This document shows, one piece after another, positions 24,327 through 36,330 of a stretch of 64,000 nt of DNA. Location: the NCBI GenBank assembly GCA_030141605.1, contig JAQGDQ010000561.1, forward strand, positions 62,001 through 126,000, given 5' to 3'. This DNA is from Tubiluchus corallicola (lineage: Eukaryota; Animalia; Priapulida). The notes under the pieces were generated by a model. The model saw only the letters and a program-made list of their open reading frames with translations. It was not told the origin of the DNA and ran no database searches. A program made the translations under genes and the position numbers. Each line of letters starts with the position of its first letter. Position 1 is the stretch's first letter.

Positions 24327-24942
24327 CAGGGATGAGAATTTTCCGCAGATACGCGGAATTCCGTGTTTTTGGAAGACCAGTAGTGCCATTTTTGAAAATT
24401 GCGTAAATTCTTTGAGAAAATTTTTTGGGTTGAACCTCGTTTTCGTCGAAATCTTAACTGAAACTTTCAGTAGCATTTTTTCAAGGTATTTATCTGACTT
24501 ACCTTTTATCTCCTAGATGTTAAAAATCGCTGAAAAAATTTGGCTAAAATAGTTCAAATAAAGTGTAAGTATCGTTTATTTTATAACCTGTACGATTTGT
24601 AGCATGCCTTTTACGGCAATGCGGCATATCTTCGTTGCTGACAAATGTGAAGCTTTGAGGCCTCCAGACACAAACAACCGAAATACCAAAGCGTAATTTG
24701 AATAAACCCAAGTTTAATTTTATAATTTATGAAATATAGACAACAAAATATATACAAAATAAAATTTGTTAATTTTTTGAAGCTTCACGATCATATGTAT
24801 CATGTATCCTTGATAGTTGGATATTTTAAACTATGCATGAAACAAGGTAATTGATATTTTAAGTCCACGTAGAGGCTCTCCATGGTCACAAAATTGCAAT
24901 TTGTTGCTGACTCCATTGGGGCCTTTGTCATTCTCATCCCTG
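24327..24942 (+). mobile_element. hAT MITE family D, copy 2
   Basis: Same TIRs as 20780-21316; partial TSD TTACTC. Confidence 0.8.
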
Positions 24943-25339
24943 TTACTCATTGCAACTTTTACTGTTATCCCTCATGTGTTTTTACTTGTCTGTCCTAGAG
25001 GCAGGTGAGTTGCTTATAAATCTGTTTTTAGTGGCCTCCTCTGTGAAATTCTGGACCAGAAAATTGTTTCCTCGTTAATCAGCCTTTAAGGCTCCAACGT
25101 CAAGAAGCAACCATTGCAAATACCTCCTGCCAGCAACAGTGGCAGTTTGAATTATTCAGAAAATTCTTTGCCACTGTTCCAATACTGTATAAAAAGAAAT
25201 AAACACATGTAGTTTTAAAATTGTAATTTGTAATTGTAATTTTAAACGAACAAACATACAGAAATTTTTACATAAACTTAATAAAATCCTAAACAAGAAA
25301 TATTGTTTGCTTACGAATATCCTAAATTGTCGCAGTTCA

Positions 25340-25620
25340 AGAGCATGCCGGTACGCGGTTTTTAAACACGTGACAACTGACAACAGAGTGTGTGAACGAC
25401 AGTACTTCCTCTACTTAGCAGCAGACGCTAGCAGTGTGCCGTACAGAGTGTTATCTTAGACATGTGAGCATGCGGCCAACAGTCAAACACACCACTGTGC
25501 TGGGCTGTAACGTAAACAGTACTACTTTCACATTCTCTGGACTGTACAAGTATAAAAAAGAACTAAAGAAACAAGACTTGCTGTACTGAATATTTTCTAT
25601 AATATTGAGTGAAAATAAGT
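25340..25620. mobile_element. Dispersed repeat family H
   Basis: Reverse-complement similarity to ~39580-39880; its end also matches ~19625-19675. Confidence 0.5.
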
Positions 25621-25624
25621 TATA

Positions 25625-25960
25625 ATAAGTTTATTTATTTCCACACTGCATCTAACACTTATAATAAAAATACAGATAATTTTCCACTGCAGTAAATATA
25701 AATACAATATTATCCAGAAATTACAAAAGAGATTCTTATACACGTGCAAATTACATTACAGAGTAATTTTGATGCATACAGTTTGAGCCTAAAAGCATGC
25801 TTGACAGACCAAACTGTACGTGGAAACCTTAAAAAAATGATTAATAATTGAAATAATGATATTATATACATAAAAGTGGGGGGGGGGAGTACTGAATGAA
25901 AGATGAAATGGAGCGAGAACTAAGAAAAACTGTGATCATGATTATAAAGTGTTCAGTAAC
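25625..25960 (-). mobile_element. LINE 3' UTR/tail fragment, copy 1
   Basis: ~340 bp near-identical to 29198-29530; the reverse strand ends GGAAATAAATAAAC. Confidence 0.6.
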
Positions 25961-26098
25961 CTGTTGAGCATAGTCACGTTTTATTAAGATTACTGTGGAA
26001 AAAGAATGCAGGTGATTACCATTATCATTAGGGAGTGCTGCTTATAATGTGGTCGCTGTACTTTTCACCAAAATTCTCTCATTTTCGTATTTTTCCAG

Positions 26099-26200
26099 CA
26101 TCCGACTACGGACGGAATTCACCGGGTACGAACGTTGAGCACGACATCAACAGCATCACGGAGTCGTTATGTCTGAGCGTAACGGAGCACGCCCTAGAGG
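26099..26200 (+). CDS. SAMD4: Smaug/SAMD4 penultimate exon
   Basis: DINSITESLCLSVTEHALE matches the conserved C-terminal LESLCLSMTEHAL motif; phase 1/1. Confidence 0.95.
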
Positions 26201-26365
26201 GTAATTGTTTTTATTGGTTTTTTATTCACCCCCCCCCCCCGGTTGTAATGAAGACTGTACAATGAGTGTCTGTTTTCACTTTATAGCATTATAAGAGCTT
26301 ACATTTTCTTATCTATAGTCATAATTGTTCAAATGCAATAGCAAAAACTGACTTTGGCTCCTTAA

Positions 26366-26968
26366 AGCAAGACTGCATTCAATGTTAAACTGTAGGTCAA
26401 AACAATCTAATCTTTAAAATATTGAAAGGAAACATACTACTTTTTCAAAAATGATTTACGTGAAAGAATTATTACAACACAAACGCAATTTCAAGTTTGC
26501 GCCTCTAGTTCTTCGCTGTTACGTGCATTTCGCCATTCGATAGATGGCGCCTGCATTTCGAAAACGTGTTACACAAAAAACAGGTGCTGTACCTCTGAGT
26601 TCAGATGTGCTAGTTTGTGACAAACTACACACGTTCGACAATTCATGCGTGAGCACAGCAGTAAATTTGAAATTTCAATTTTTATCTTAAAACTTACCGA
26701 TTTTAGTACAACACACTGTATATCTTACAGTAGCACTGTACTTCAATTTTCTCTTTCGCAAACACGTGCAACACACGCTCGTGGAATGTCTTTGCTGTTG
26801 AAAATTATGTTAATTTCTGATGTCATCAATAGTTGGGCTCGCCCGCCGTTAATTAAGTTTTTAATCTATAATTATCAGAAATGCTATTGCAGTATTAATT
26901 GCATTAAAAGTATACTTTTTATCGTACTTGAAAATGGGGTAGTATATGAAAAATCATCCTGTCTTACT
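26366..26968 (-). mobile_element. Family B copy 4 (reverse)
   Basis: TTAA-flanked; reverse complement of 1729-2280. Confidence 0.8.
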
Positions 26969-27122
26969 TTAATAATTTTTTTATTAAATTGGTTGCTTAT
27001 TAAATAATTGTCATTAAAATATTCCTATTGTCAGCTAAGAGGCAATAGTCATCCCATAACATCGTATGCATTATAATGAGAAATCTGTGTAAAAATCGGC
27101 CCCTCATTCGAGTGCCAGCGAC

Positions 27123-27562
27123 CAGGGCCGGAGCTAGATGTGGCAAGCAGGGGGGGGGGCGCAAAAATTTTCTGGGTGGGGGGCGAGGTATCCGAAGTGG
27201 TTAAATAATGGTTAAGCCAGTTTTTAACCCCTTTTATACTGCATGCAGGCCTACAATTAGCGTGTGTGTAGGACGGCGTAGCGGACAGAGCAATAATGAG
27301 AAAATTAACTCTCAGTTAACCTAACGTCATTAATCTGCCTCTAACTAAATTATTATTTACAGAAATTTATCACACACAAGTTTTAAGAAAATAATACACT
27401 GAAGCTACCAAACATTTTTTTACCTAATTCTAATTCATATTGAAAATGATCACATGCGAACTGCAATTTTCACTGCAAAAAAATTATTTGTCCGATTTTG
27501 CAGGGGGGGCACAAATTTTGACAGGTAATCCGCCCCCCTCGCTCCCCCTAGTTCCGCCCCTG
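27123..27562. mobile_element. hAT MITE
   Basis: CAGGGCCGGAGCTAG...CTAGTTCCGCCCCTG; TSD CCAGCGAC/CCAGTGAC. Confidence 0.85.
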
Positions 27563-27973
27563 CCAGTGACGCAAATTGGTTCACATTAGGATGCATTAGC
27601 GATGCGATCTGTGTCTAAATTTCCCTACCGTAACTGCAAACAAGCGACTGATGCGACGGCGGGAAGAGTTCAATCAATTCGGACTATTTTAGCAATACTT
27701 ATTACTTACTTTGGTAATTTTTTTTCACCAACCGACTATGGCTTCTCTGACTTTGATGTTCTTGCGTTACATGTTGTCGTGTTGACAAAAGGTACAACAG
27801 TAGAATATACTTTAAACGTTTATTGATACAGAAGTTTCCTCAGAAATGCAGGTAAAAATGATGTCCGCATATAATGTCTTGTAAAAGCCAACTGGTAGTA
27901 CAGAATATAGCAAAACTAGAGCAACCGTTCACTATTAGGTTAAACCCATTTTTAGAATAGGTAACAGATAGAT

Positions 27974-28283
27974 CAGTGGTTTCCAAACTTTCTCGGACCG
28001 TTACCCAAATCGGGAAACCCGGTCGTGTCCATTACCCCCCCACCTAGTACTACTTCTCCAACTCAAAAAGTAAACACACGTATATGCCACAAGCAAGCAA
28101 AATTATTTATGTTTGCTCGTGACATAAATAAATTTCCAGGTGTTGTTGTTGTAGGCAGTCTCTTCAAGAAGAAAACTACGTAAAATGCATTCCGAGCGAA
28201 GTTTTAAAAATTTTCAGAGGGGTGCCCGTTACCCCCCAAAAAAACCATATTACCCCCGGGGTCCCCTACTTTGGGAACCACTG
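27974..28283. mobile_element. hAT (Charlie-like) MITE
   Basis: CAGTGGTTTCCAAA...TTTGGGAACCACTG; perfect 8-bp TSD AGATAGAT. Confidence 0.9.
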
Positions 28284-29197
28284 AGATAGATAGAAGCCAT
28301 ATGTACTACAGTAATAGCGGTTTTACAGGTTATTGGTCTAATTGCAAATTAAATGTATTTTTTTTATGATTATCGGTCGTTCACAACGACACATTTCATG
28401 CTCGTTCACCTTAGGTGCGCCACTGCGTGTCACATTTTTAACGTAAACAAATAAATTATTTGACTGGGAGTTTTTTACATTTAATGGAGTGCCATTATCA
28501 AGTTTGACATCGACGTTGCATTTTGCTGGCTTCTTGGTTTCACTTAATAAACCACCGACAAACACGTTGTGTCGCGTGTTGTTTGCCGAGGTTCTGTTTG
28601 CAGCGCTTCAGCTTTAGTGCGGGGTTTAGGGACTAATTTTTCACCGAGAAAAGTAAAACAGCATAAAGTTCCGATGTAACAAAGTTCTGTGTCTGTTTAG
28701 TGTAACAAATAGACAACTAAGCGCCGCAGTAATTGCAAGCTCAAGCCAGAATCAAGCGTTCCAAGCCAAGCCTAGTAAATGTGGATGTTTGTGGCAGGAC
28801 CCTCACTTAGCATTTATCAAAAATAAACCTTGAGCACTGAACTAGCAGAAGTACCTCACCCACATTCAGATGTTGATGCATTCTTCCCTTATGAGGTAAA
28901 TAAACCAGCAAAGAATCAGTGTGGTGACTGAAACACCCCTGAAGCGAGTATAGAAAATGGTCACCCATCCAGCCACTTGGCCGTCGAGCTCAACTATTGC
29001 TTTTTTGTCATTTGAATACTAATAAACAATGTTCCAATAATAGTAGTTCTGCAACATTCAGAAAAAATTTCGAGTGTCCTTGGTGATGTATAGCTAGTTA
29101 ACTGAACACGTTCTCATGTTGTGCTTATGAACACCATAGTAAACGTGTTTGTTCGTGTTGATGTGTTTTCTTTATTGGGTTTATTTATAAACTACAC

Positions 29198-29530
29198 ATA
29201 AGTTTATTTATTTCCACACTGCATCTTACAGTTATAATAAAAATACAGATAATTTCACTGAAGTAAATATAAATATAAATGCAGTATTATCCAAAAATTA
29301 CAAAATGCAGCATATACATGTGCAAATGACATTACAGAATAATTTTGATGCATACAGTTTGAGCTTAAAAGCATAGCTTGACAGGCCAAACTGTACGTGG
29401 AAATCTTAAAGAAGTGATTAATAATTGAAACAATATATACATAAAAGTGGGGGGGGGTAGTGAATGAAAGATGAAATGCAGCTAGAACTAAGAAAAACTG
29501 TGATCATGATTATAAAGTGTTCAGTAACAT
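29198..29530 (-). mobile_element. LINE 3' UTR/tail fragment, copy 2
   Basis: Duplicate of 25625-25960. Confidence 0.6.
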
Positions 29531-30238
29531 GTGTAAAACATCTATTGGTATTCAACAGCTAGTCGAGTACCAGTCATTGAAAAGCTTTAGCTAAAAAATC
29601 AATAAAGGTTTTCGTGCACGTGTTTTGCTTTGTCATACTATGATGTTATATCCACACATGTAAATGTCGTGATGCTAAAGTTGTCGCTGGGGTGTTTTGG
29701 GGAGAGCCAACGTCCGACATTTACAGGTTTATCAGACGGTTTTTGTAGTTGCGATGTGCGTGTTAAACAGATGAAATCAGTGGATGAAAACACGCTTTAA
29801 CTTTGCAATCTGTATTTTACTCAAAATCATAGTCTCATAGTCAATCCACATATATACGAAAATGGTAAACATAATCAACAGTAGTAAACAAAAGTTAAAG
29901 TAAATCCACCAGCCAATATATCATGGCAACTGAGTCAAAACTTTATTATAACCACACAACTGTTTAAGCCTATTGCCTGTCCTCTAATCTTGTTACCAAG
30001 TGTGAAAAACTGCTACATTCACAGAGAAGCCAAGTGACCCAGTTCCATACAAACATATAGCAGTAGCAAGTACATACATATATTGGAAACTTCCAAGTGT
30101 ACAAACAGATGTCAGCACTGACTTAGTGGTAATGAAAAACTAAAGTTTAAAACTACAAATCAAAATTAATAATAAACTGTAAATTTAATGCTCGCATCTG
30201 CGACAGTAAATGACATATTAAATTTGGTTGGCCAGCTA

Positions 30239-30371
30239 TGGATATGCAATTCAGTAGCCCAGTCATAATGATGAACTTTGTACTGCCTTGACCACTGCGA
30301 GATACAGGCCCAAGTTGTCTGCTTTAAGCAGACGGTCGCCGGTTCAAATCCAGGTTTTATCCCCATTTTTT
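30239..30371 (+). pseudogene. Degenerate tRNA-like relic
   Basis: TCTGC-loop-GCAGA arm, GGTTCAAATCC B box, ATCCCCA then a T run; the 5' half is disrupted. Confidence 0.3.
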
Positions 30372-30488
30372 CTCAATTCCTATTTTCCAACTGTGATATC
30401 AGAATTTAACTAGTTTAGGATTTGATCCATCTCCCTCCACATGTAGTCATTCTACTTATTTTATAACAATCCTTTTGTCTGTTTACAG

Positions 30489-30520
30489 ATGGAGCGGAAC
30501 GTGGAAGCGGATTATTTTGA
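30489..30520 (+). CDS. SAMD4: Smaug/SAMD4 last coding exon (DGAERGSGLF*)
   Basis: TTTACAG| phase 1 completes D; compare the SAMD4 terminus DGVDRTSTI*. Confidence 0.85.
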
Positions 30521-31341
30521 AGAAAATCTGTCATTCTGTTTACTCTAAAAGTATTCACACTGCATAATTTAGCACTGTTTTTTTTCTGTACAGTTTTGTG
30601 CCTTTTACAGATGAAAATACCCGTATATTAGCCAAGCGATGTTGCTCGGCACTTGTTTCAAAGCCTCCGGCAGGCCATGTGTTGTGAAATTTTTATGATT
30701 CGCAGTATTTGCGGGCACAATGTTTAACATTATCAAGTGTTTGTTAAGATGAATTCATTTTATGTGAATTAGTCTAGTCTAGCTTTCGCTATTATAATGT
30801 TGTGTGCTGAAGATTATGGTGCACCGCGCATTGTTGACAATTATAAACAATACTAATAATTATCATTAGCTTAGTTTGTGCTGAGCTTTTAAAGCTGTGC
30901 ATAGCGCTTTGCTATCTATGATTTTTGCACTGTGCAAAGAGACGTTTTCATTAATATAATTGGATTAGTTATCGAACTTCTGTTGTCGTTATTGTGTGTG
31001 TGTGCGTTTACGGAGCAGATTTAAAAGTGATTTGCACTGCAATCTGCCTTTCCTATCTAATGAAGTTGCAGTTGAATTGGTATGTTTAACATATCGGCAA
31101 CTGTGTGTTAGCAGTGCGACAGTTTTAATTACACAACTGCTATTAAAACATGAAAACTAGACAGTTGCGCACATTAGTAGCAGTTGTAGTCAAATATGTC
31201 GTCTCATTTGTCTCTAAGATGTTGATAATTGTTGTACATTTGTTACGAGAGTTGGTTAAATCGATCGTGTTTCTGCAGCTTATTATAAAACATGGCTACC
31301 TCTCTTCCTATTTTACTTTATGTACAGCTTAGCAGGTCAGA

Positions 31342-31537
31342 CAGCTTGGCCTGAGATGACCTACTGTCCAGCTTGGTCTGAGATAGACTTACTGTCCAGC
31401 TTGGCTCGAGATAGACCTACTGTCCAGCTTGGCCCGAGATAGACCTACTGTCCAGCTTGGCCCGAGATAGACCTACTGTCCAGCTTGGCCTGAGATAGAC
31501 CTATTGTCCTGCTTGGCCCGAGATAGACCTACTGTCC
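31342..31537. repeat. Tandem repeat, 28-bp unit x~7
   Basis: CCAGCTTGGCCCGAGATAGACCTACTGT repeated. Confidence 0.93.
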
Positions 31538-31589
31538 AAATAAAACGTTGCAAGAATGGCAAGTTTGAGTTACATGGCCAGTGGCAATT

Positions 31590-32037
31590 AAGCCTTTTCA
31601 CAGTTCCAGCGATTCGCGATGAAAAGGTCAAAGGTTGACCAGACAACGCATTTGTGTACACCTGACAACGCCTTGCAGCCCATGCTACTGTAATAGTAAC
31701 AGTTTTAACAGCTAGCTGGAACTTTGCCTAGTTCACTTTTTCTTGTTTCCAAGCAAGATCCTGCTAGTAAATCAATCACTCTATGCACATACTAATGCAT
31801 AATTAAGTAAAGTCCACGTAAAACAACTGAAGTTACTGAACTGATGCTGCAGACAGTTTTGCTTTACCCACGTTACGCGACGGTTAAAACAACTGAAGTT
31901 ACTGAACTGATGCTGCAGACAGTTTTGCTTTACCCACATGTCATGTGACGGTTGTAGTTAAGACGCGTTGCTGTGGTACACTTAACCTTTGACTTACAGC
32001 AAGTCTGCATGTGCGCAACGAAACTATGAATAGGCTT
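31590..32037 (+). mobile_element. MITE family G, copy 1 (possibly ISL2EU/Harbinger-like)
   Basis: Termini AAGCCTTTTCACAGTT...AACTATGAATAGGCTT; other copies 46859-47223 (+) and 53335-53703 (-). Confidence 0.7.
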
Positions 32038-33263
32038 ATTGCATCGCAAATGTAAATTCCGTGTAGACACCGCGGAAAGCAGTGGTTAGTTTAGCGGCCC
32101 GTTTATCCGTGACTGTTTTGCCCGGACTCGCCAACTACACATCCGGTCACTGTCGTGAAAAACTGAAAAAAATAATCAGCAAATTTGATGCAATTAGGAC
32201 AATCGAGAAAGTTTCCTCTATCGATTTTCTAGAGAAAGCTGACCGTTCTCTATTTCTGTTTTGTATTTAGTGAACAACCTCGTTTTCTGATACTGGTCAA
32301 TGCCATTAATCTGTTGCCATTAATGCATGCAAATAATTTGTTGTTTGTCAAAAGTGACACCTGACAAAAGTTACACGTTATTACCGGTTCATCCTGACAG
32401 CCTATTTCCCCTAGCAGCCGTTTTTTTTGCTAATGTTACGATCAGATGAGAGTTTAGTAAGATGCTTAGTGCTAAAATCTCTTGTACATTTTCAATTGCA
32501 AAATTTTCAATCCATTAGTCCTGTTCCGTGAGATCGATTACTTCAAATATGCGGGAAATTCTAGCAGATTCCCTGCAGGTTTCGTTAGAATTAGGAAAAT
32601 TTTACTTTCATGTTACCCGGATAAAAAGATTAATGGCTTTTAGAAGCAGATGTTCATGAGCCACATGGATTTAGTTGCATTTCAACAAATGCTGTTTTAC
32701 GTTATGTTAGCCTGCTCACACTGAAATCTATTTTTATGCTAGACTGTTTGATCATACAGGTGTACTAGTTACGTGAACGCATTTAGTTTTTTCTACTTAT
32801 TTCTTTGCTGATATTTTCACCACGAAACCTTAATGTTGAGAATTAGTTTACAGAACTTGTGAATGTCAGGTAACCTGTCCCGACTTTAACTTGATAAACC
32901 ATAAGAAGTGCCGATTTGTTGTAACGTACTGGCACCCGTTGGATTGTTAATTAATACAAAACTAAAAATTGCATTGCTGATTGCTCAAATTAATATTTAT
33001 GTTGATAACATTGTAATAACAGTCAAGTTAAAACTTGAATCTGCAAATGTGGCCCAAGTAATCTTCCTCGAGACGGTGTAGCCGAATACAGCAGAAGTGT
33101 TTAAATTACTCACCAGTAGATATCCCCACTGGGAAGTCGGCTAACCAATAATAAGTTGGCTTACCCAATGGCAGACAGTACGGCAATGCAGCCACAAACA
33201 GGTTTTATTAAATTTTCAGCATGGCGATATAGCACGGCTGGTTGTGAAAATGTTCACATTTAA

Positions 33264-33740
33264 AGGAAAGGTCAAGCCTTCTGGAAAGTCAGGCTTATCT
33301 GTATGTTTGCAAAAAAATGTTAGAAGAATTTAGTAATAAAACTGCAAAAAGTGCCTCGTGTAATTAGTAAAATCACTTTAAAGTCAAAATCAATTCATGC
33401 TTGGACGCTCCCATTTTTAAAAGCCCATTCTTCCAATGACATCACTTGTTCTAAAGAAAAGTAGTGCACTGTCAATCTTTCTCAGAAGTATAATAAATTT
33501 TTAGAAAAAAATTAGATAGCCGATTTTGTAACATTAGATAAACTGCAGAAGTTTGAATTAGTTAAGCATTGCACTCGTGAAGTCCCTGGTTACATCATAA
33601 TTTCAAACGAATGGCGGCAAAAGATATTTTAGATTTATGCTTTATAGAAAATTTCTTGCAAATTTCTTTGTTAGAATTCTTCTAAGTTTAAGTGATAACA
33701 GTAAAATAAACACAACTTGCTAAATAACTTGTTCTTTCCT
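33264..33740. mobile_element. Kolobok-like MITE in the inferred 3'UTR
   Basis: TTAA|AGGAAAG...CTTTCCT|TTAA. Confidence 0.55.
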
Positions 33741-34783
33741 TTAAAGATGCAATAATATTAGCTAATATTCTGTTGGATCATGTTTGTTGTCCATAGAAAC
33801 TATTTGTTTACATTTATGGAAAGGCTTACTTCCCAGTAGAGACATCTAGCGAAAGCTTTTATCAGTTTTTCGTTGCTTTTTGAAAAGGGCAAAGAACAGT
33901 TGTTGTTGTACATAATTTAGTATTTTCTCGTAGTTCAGACAAACTTACATTACCGTTTGTAGTGTTGTCAATGAGTTTATGGTATGTGTGTGTCAATGCG
34001 TGTCTTGTCTTGAACTAAATCTACTATATCACAGTATTACTGTGCGTCATGCATTTATAGACTTGTGTTAATTACTGTATGTGCTAGTTTTTGACATTGA
34101 ACAGCCAAAAATAAACTGGTTAATAGAAACTGAAAGTATTTTCATTCGTTTTTTTCTCAATTAACAAAACCCAAAGAACAGTCGATCACGTTACAGAATA
34201 ATTCAGAATTGACTTAGGTACAAGTCTAGTTAACGTTAGGTAATACTTGAATGAGCGTACAATGCCATGCACTTCTGAGATACAAAGAAAAAGCTGACAA
34301 GCAAAAGGCGAACTTTGCACATAATATACAATGGTAGCAAGAAAAAATAAGAAAATCTATTGTACTCTTCACAGTTGGTTATCTTTTTGACATGTTTAAT
34401 GTCCATTTCTCTAAAGGTGAACCACCTTGCCTCAGTAAAGGAAAATCGAAAGATACCGCATATAACAAAAACTGAATGCATCACCTAAATGTCAGTTGTC
34501 ACCAAACAACTGTGAATATCAGTAAGTCAGCATGTGTGCTTTCCAAACATCATATCCACCTTAGATTTTGCTTCAACGAAACTTCATGCCACCCAAATAT
34601 TTGAGCCAAACATGTAAATAAAATAGTCAAAACTGCATCTGATGTCATCGCGATTCACATAATCTCGGCAACTGCTAGAGCACAACTAAATCAAGACTGA
34701 ATTGAAATGTTTGTGAAATACTTTCTTGGGCTTTAAGTTATCCTGGTCCACTGCATGAAAGGTCTATGGAACTTTAAATGTCT

Positions 34784-35110
34784 TTAATCTTTCTTATGAC
34801 TGTGAGCAGCAGCTTTGCGCATTTGTGTCAACACCATCGTCATTTCTTCCCTTTTCTTCTTCCCACGAATATGTGTACCAACTCGTTTTTTCAGAAATTT
34901 CAATGCCCTCTTGTCTTTCGAAACTTTCAGAAGTTCCATAGCTCTTCGTTCATATGGAGCAAAGCCAGCAATTTCGCGCACTATGTCACGAATAAATTTC
35001 GTATGTTTCGTCAACGCACCTTTTCTCCTGGATGGTCTTGGCTTTGTCACGTTCTTTGTTGTTTTGTAGCCTTTGTCAAGGCCAACAGCCATATCATATC
35101 TCCCACCCAT
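34784..35110 (-). CDS. RPL36: 60S ribosomal protein L36 (eL36), intronless
   Basis: [68 protein letters not shown]; full length, 108 aa. Confidence 0.98.
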   Translation of the reverse strand: MGGRYDMAVGLDKGYKTTKNVTKPRPSRRKGALTKHTKFIRDIVREIAGFAPYERRAMELLKVSKDKRALKFLKKRVGTHIRGKKKREEMTMVLTQMRKAAAHSHKKD

Positions 35111-36189
35111 TGCTCTTGTGGCAATTTATTCAAAACCCACAAAAATTTCACACGCACTATGGCGAAAATGTAGGAATAAAAAGACTGTACAGCATAAAAG
35201 GCGCAATAAAGTATTCCTTAGTTTCCCGCAAATAGCACTGTGGCTACAACTCAACAGTCACAGATTACGCTTTTATTATGAGTATTTTACTGATTTACTG
35301 CAGTGCTTAATGCTGCAAGCAGCAAGTATGCTTCAAAAATGAACAGTGTCAGCTCGCCGAATGGAAATATTTTTCACACTAGGAATTAGTATAACATTGG
35401 TCAAGTTACATATTTTAATACATCATTATTATTGGATTCAGAAACAGCAGATGCTTCTCACGTCTTTGAAACGGATTAGTGTAGATTTTTATATATTTTT
35501 ATCTCCAGACTTTGAAATCTAAATTTAAGTCTAAGTTTATTTATTTCAAATCCTTCATTTTGTAGTATTTATACTAACTTGGCCTTTTGAATTTTTGCAA
35601 ATTGTTTTTGTCATAATACCTGAATGGCGTTTGTAAACTTGAATTGAATTAAATCTTAGCACAACATAAAAACATTACAATCAATGACACTAAAAACGGT
35701 TATAACAGACAAAAATACAGACAAGGCAGTGCTGAACTATTGAATTACATGTCATTCAATAATCACAACACACTAATCATGCCTCATTATCAAGCTAAGC
35801 AATCTAAGTAAGGTGTTGATGAATTGGCGATGTATCACAGCCACATTCTGTTATAATGCCGCTCTATGAGGTAAATCAATTACGCCATATAAAAGCGCCA
35901 CAGCAACTATGACACTTGAAAATGCTCTGCCATCCATTCACTGACTAACGTCTATGTTGCTTAACTGTGGTTGAAAGTGTATTCATATGACACTGACTAT
36001 GCACCCTGCCTTCATTACCGCATTCATGTTTATTATTTTGGACATTTTTAAGCACTAAAATGGTAATTATTGCAACTTGAAATATCAGCATGTAACATAA
36101 TCTGACTCTTTTTATAATTTTTAAATTATTATCTGTTTCTTTAGCAATGTTTTCTAAATTAAAGGACTAATACAAATTTTCACTTGGCC

Positions 36190-36330
36190 GAAAAATTAGC
36201 AATATCATCTCTGAAATGATCAAGATTATTTCTGAAAGAACCAAATTTATCTCTGAAACGAGCAAAATTATTTCTGAAACGAGCAAGATTATTGTAGAAA
36301 TGACCAAGACTACCTCTGAAACGAAATTAT
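36190..36330. repeat. Degenerate 21-bp tandem repeat
   Basis: TCTGAAA(C/T)GA(G/C)CAA(G/A)ATTA units. Confidence 0.7.

Larger units (their letters stand above)
30521..34135 (+). other. Inferred long Smaug 3'UTR
   Basis: U-rich sequence with AATAAA at 34110-34115 followed by a U-rich downstream element; an earlier poly(A) site cannot be excluded. Confidence 0.5.
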
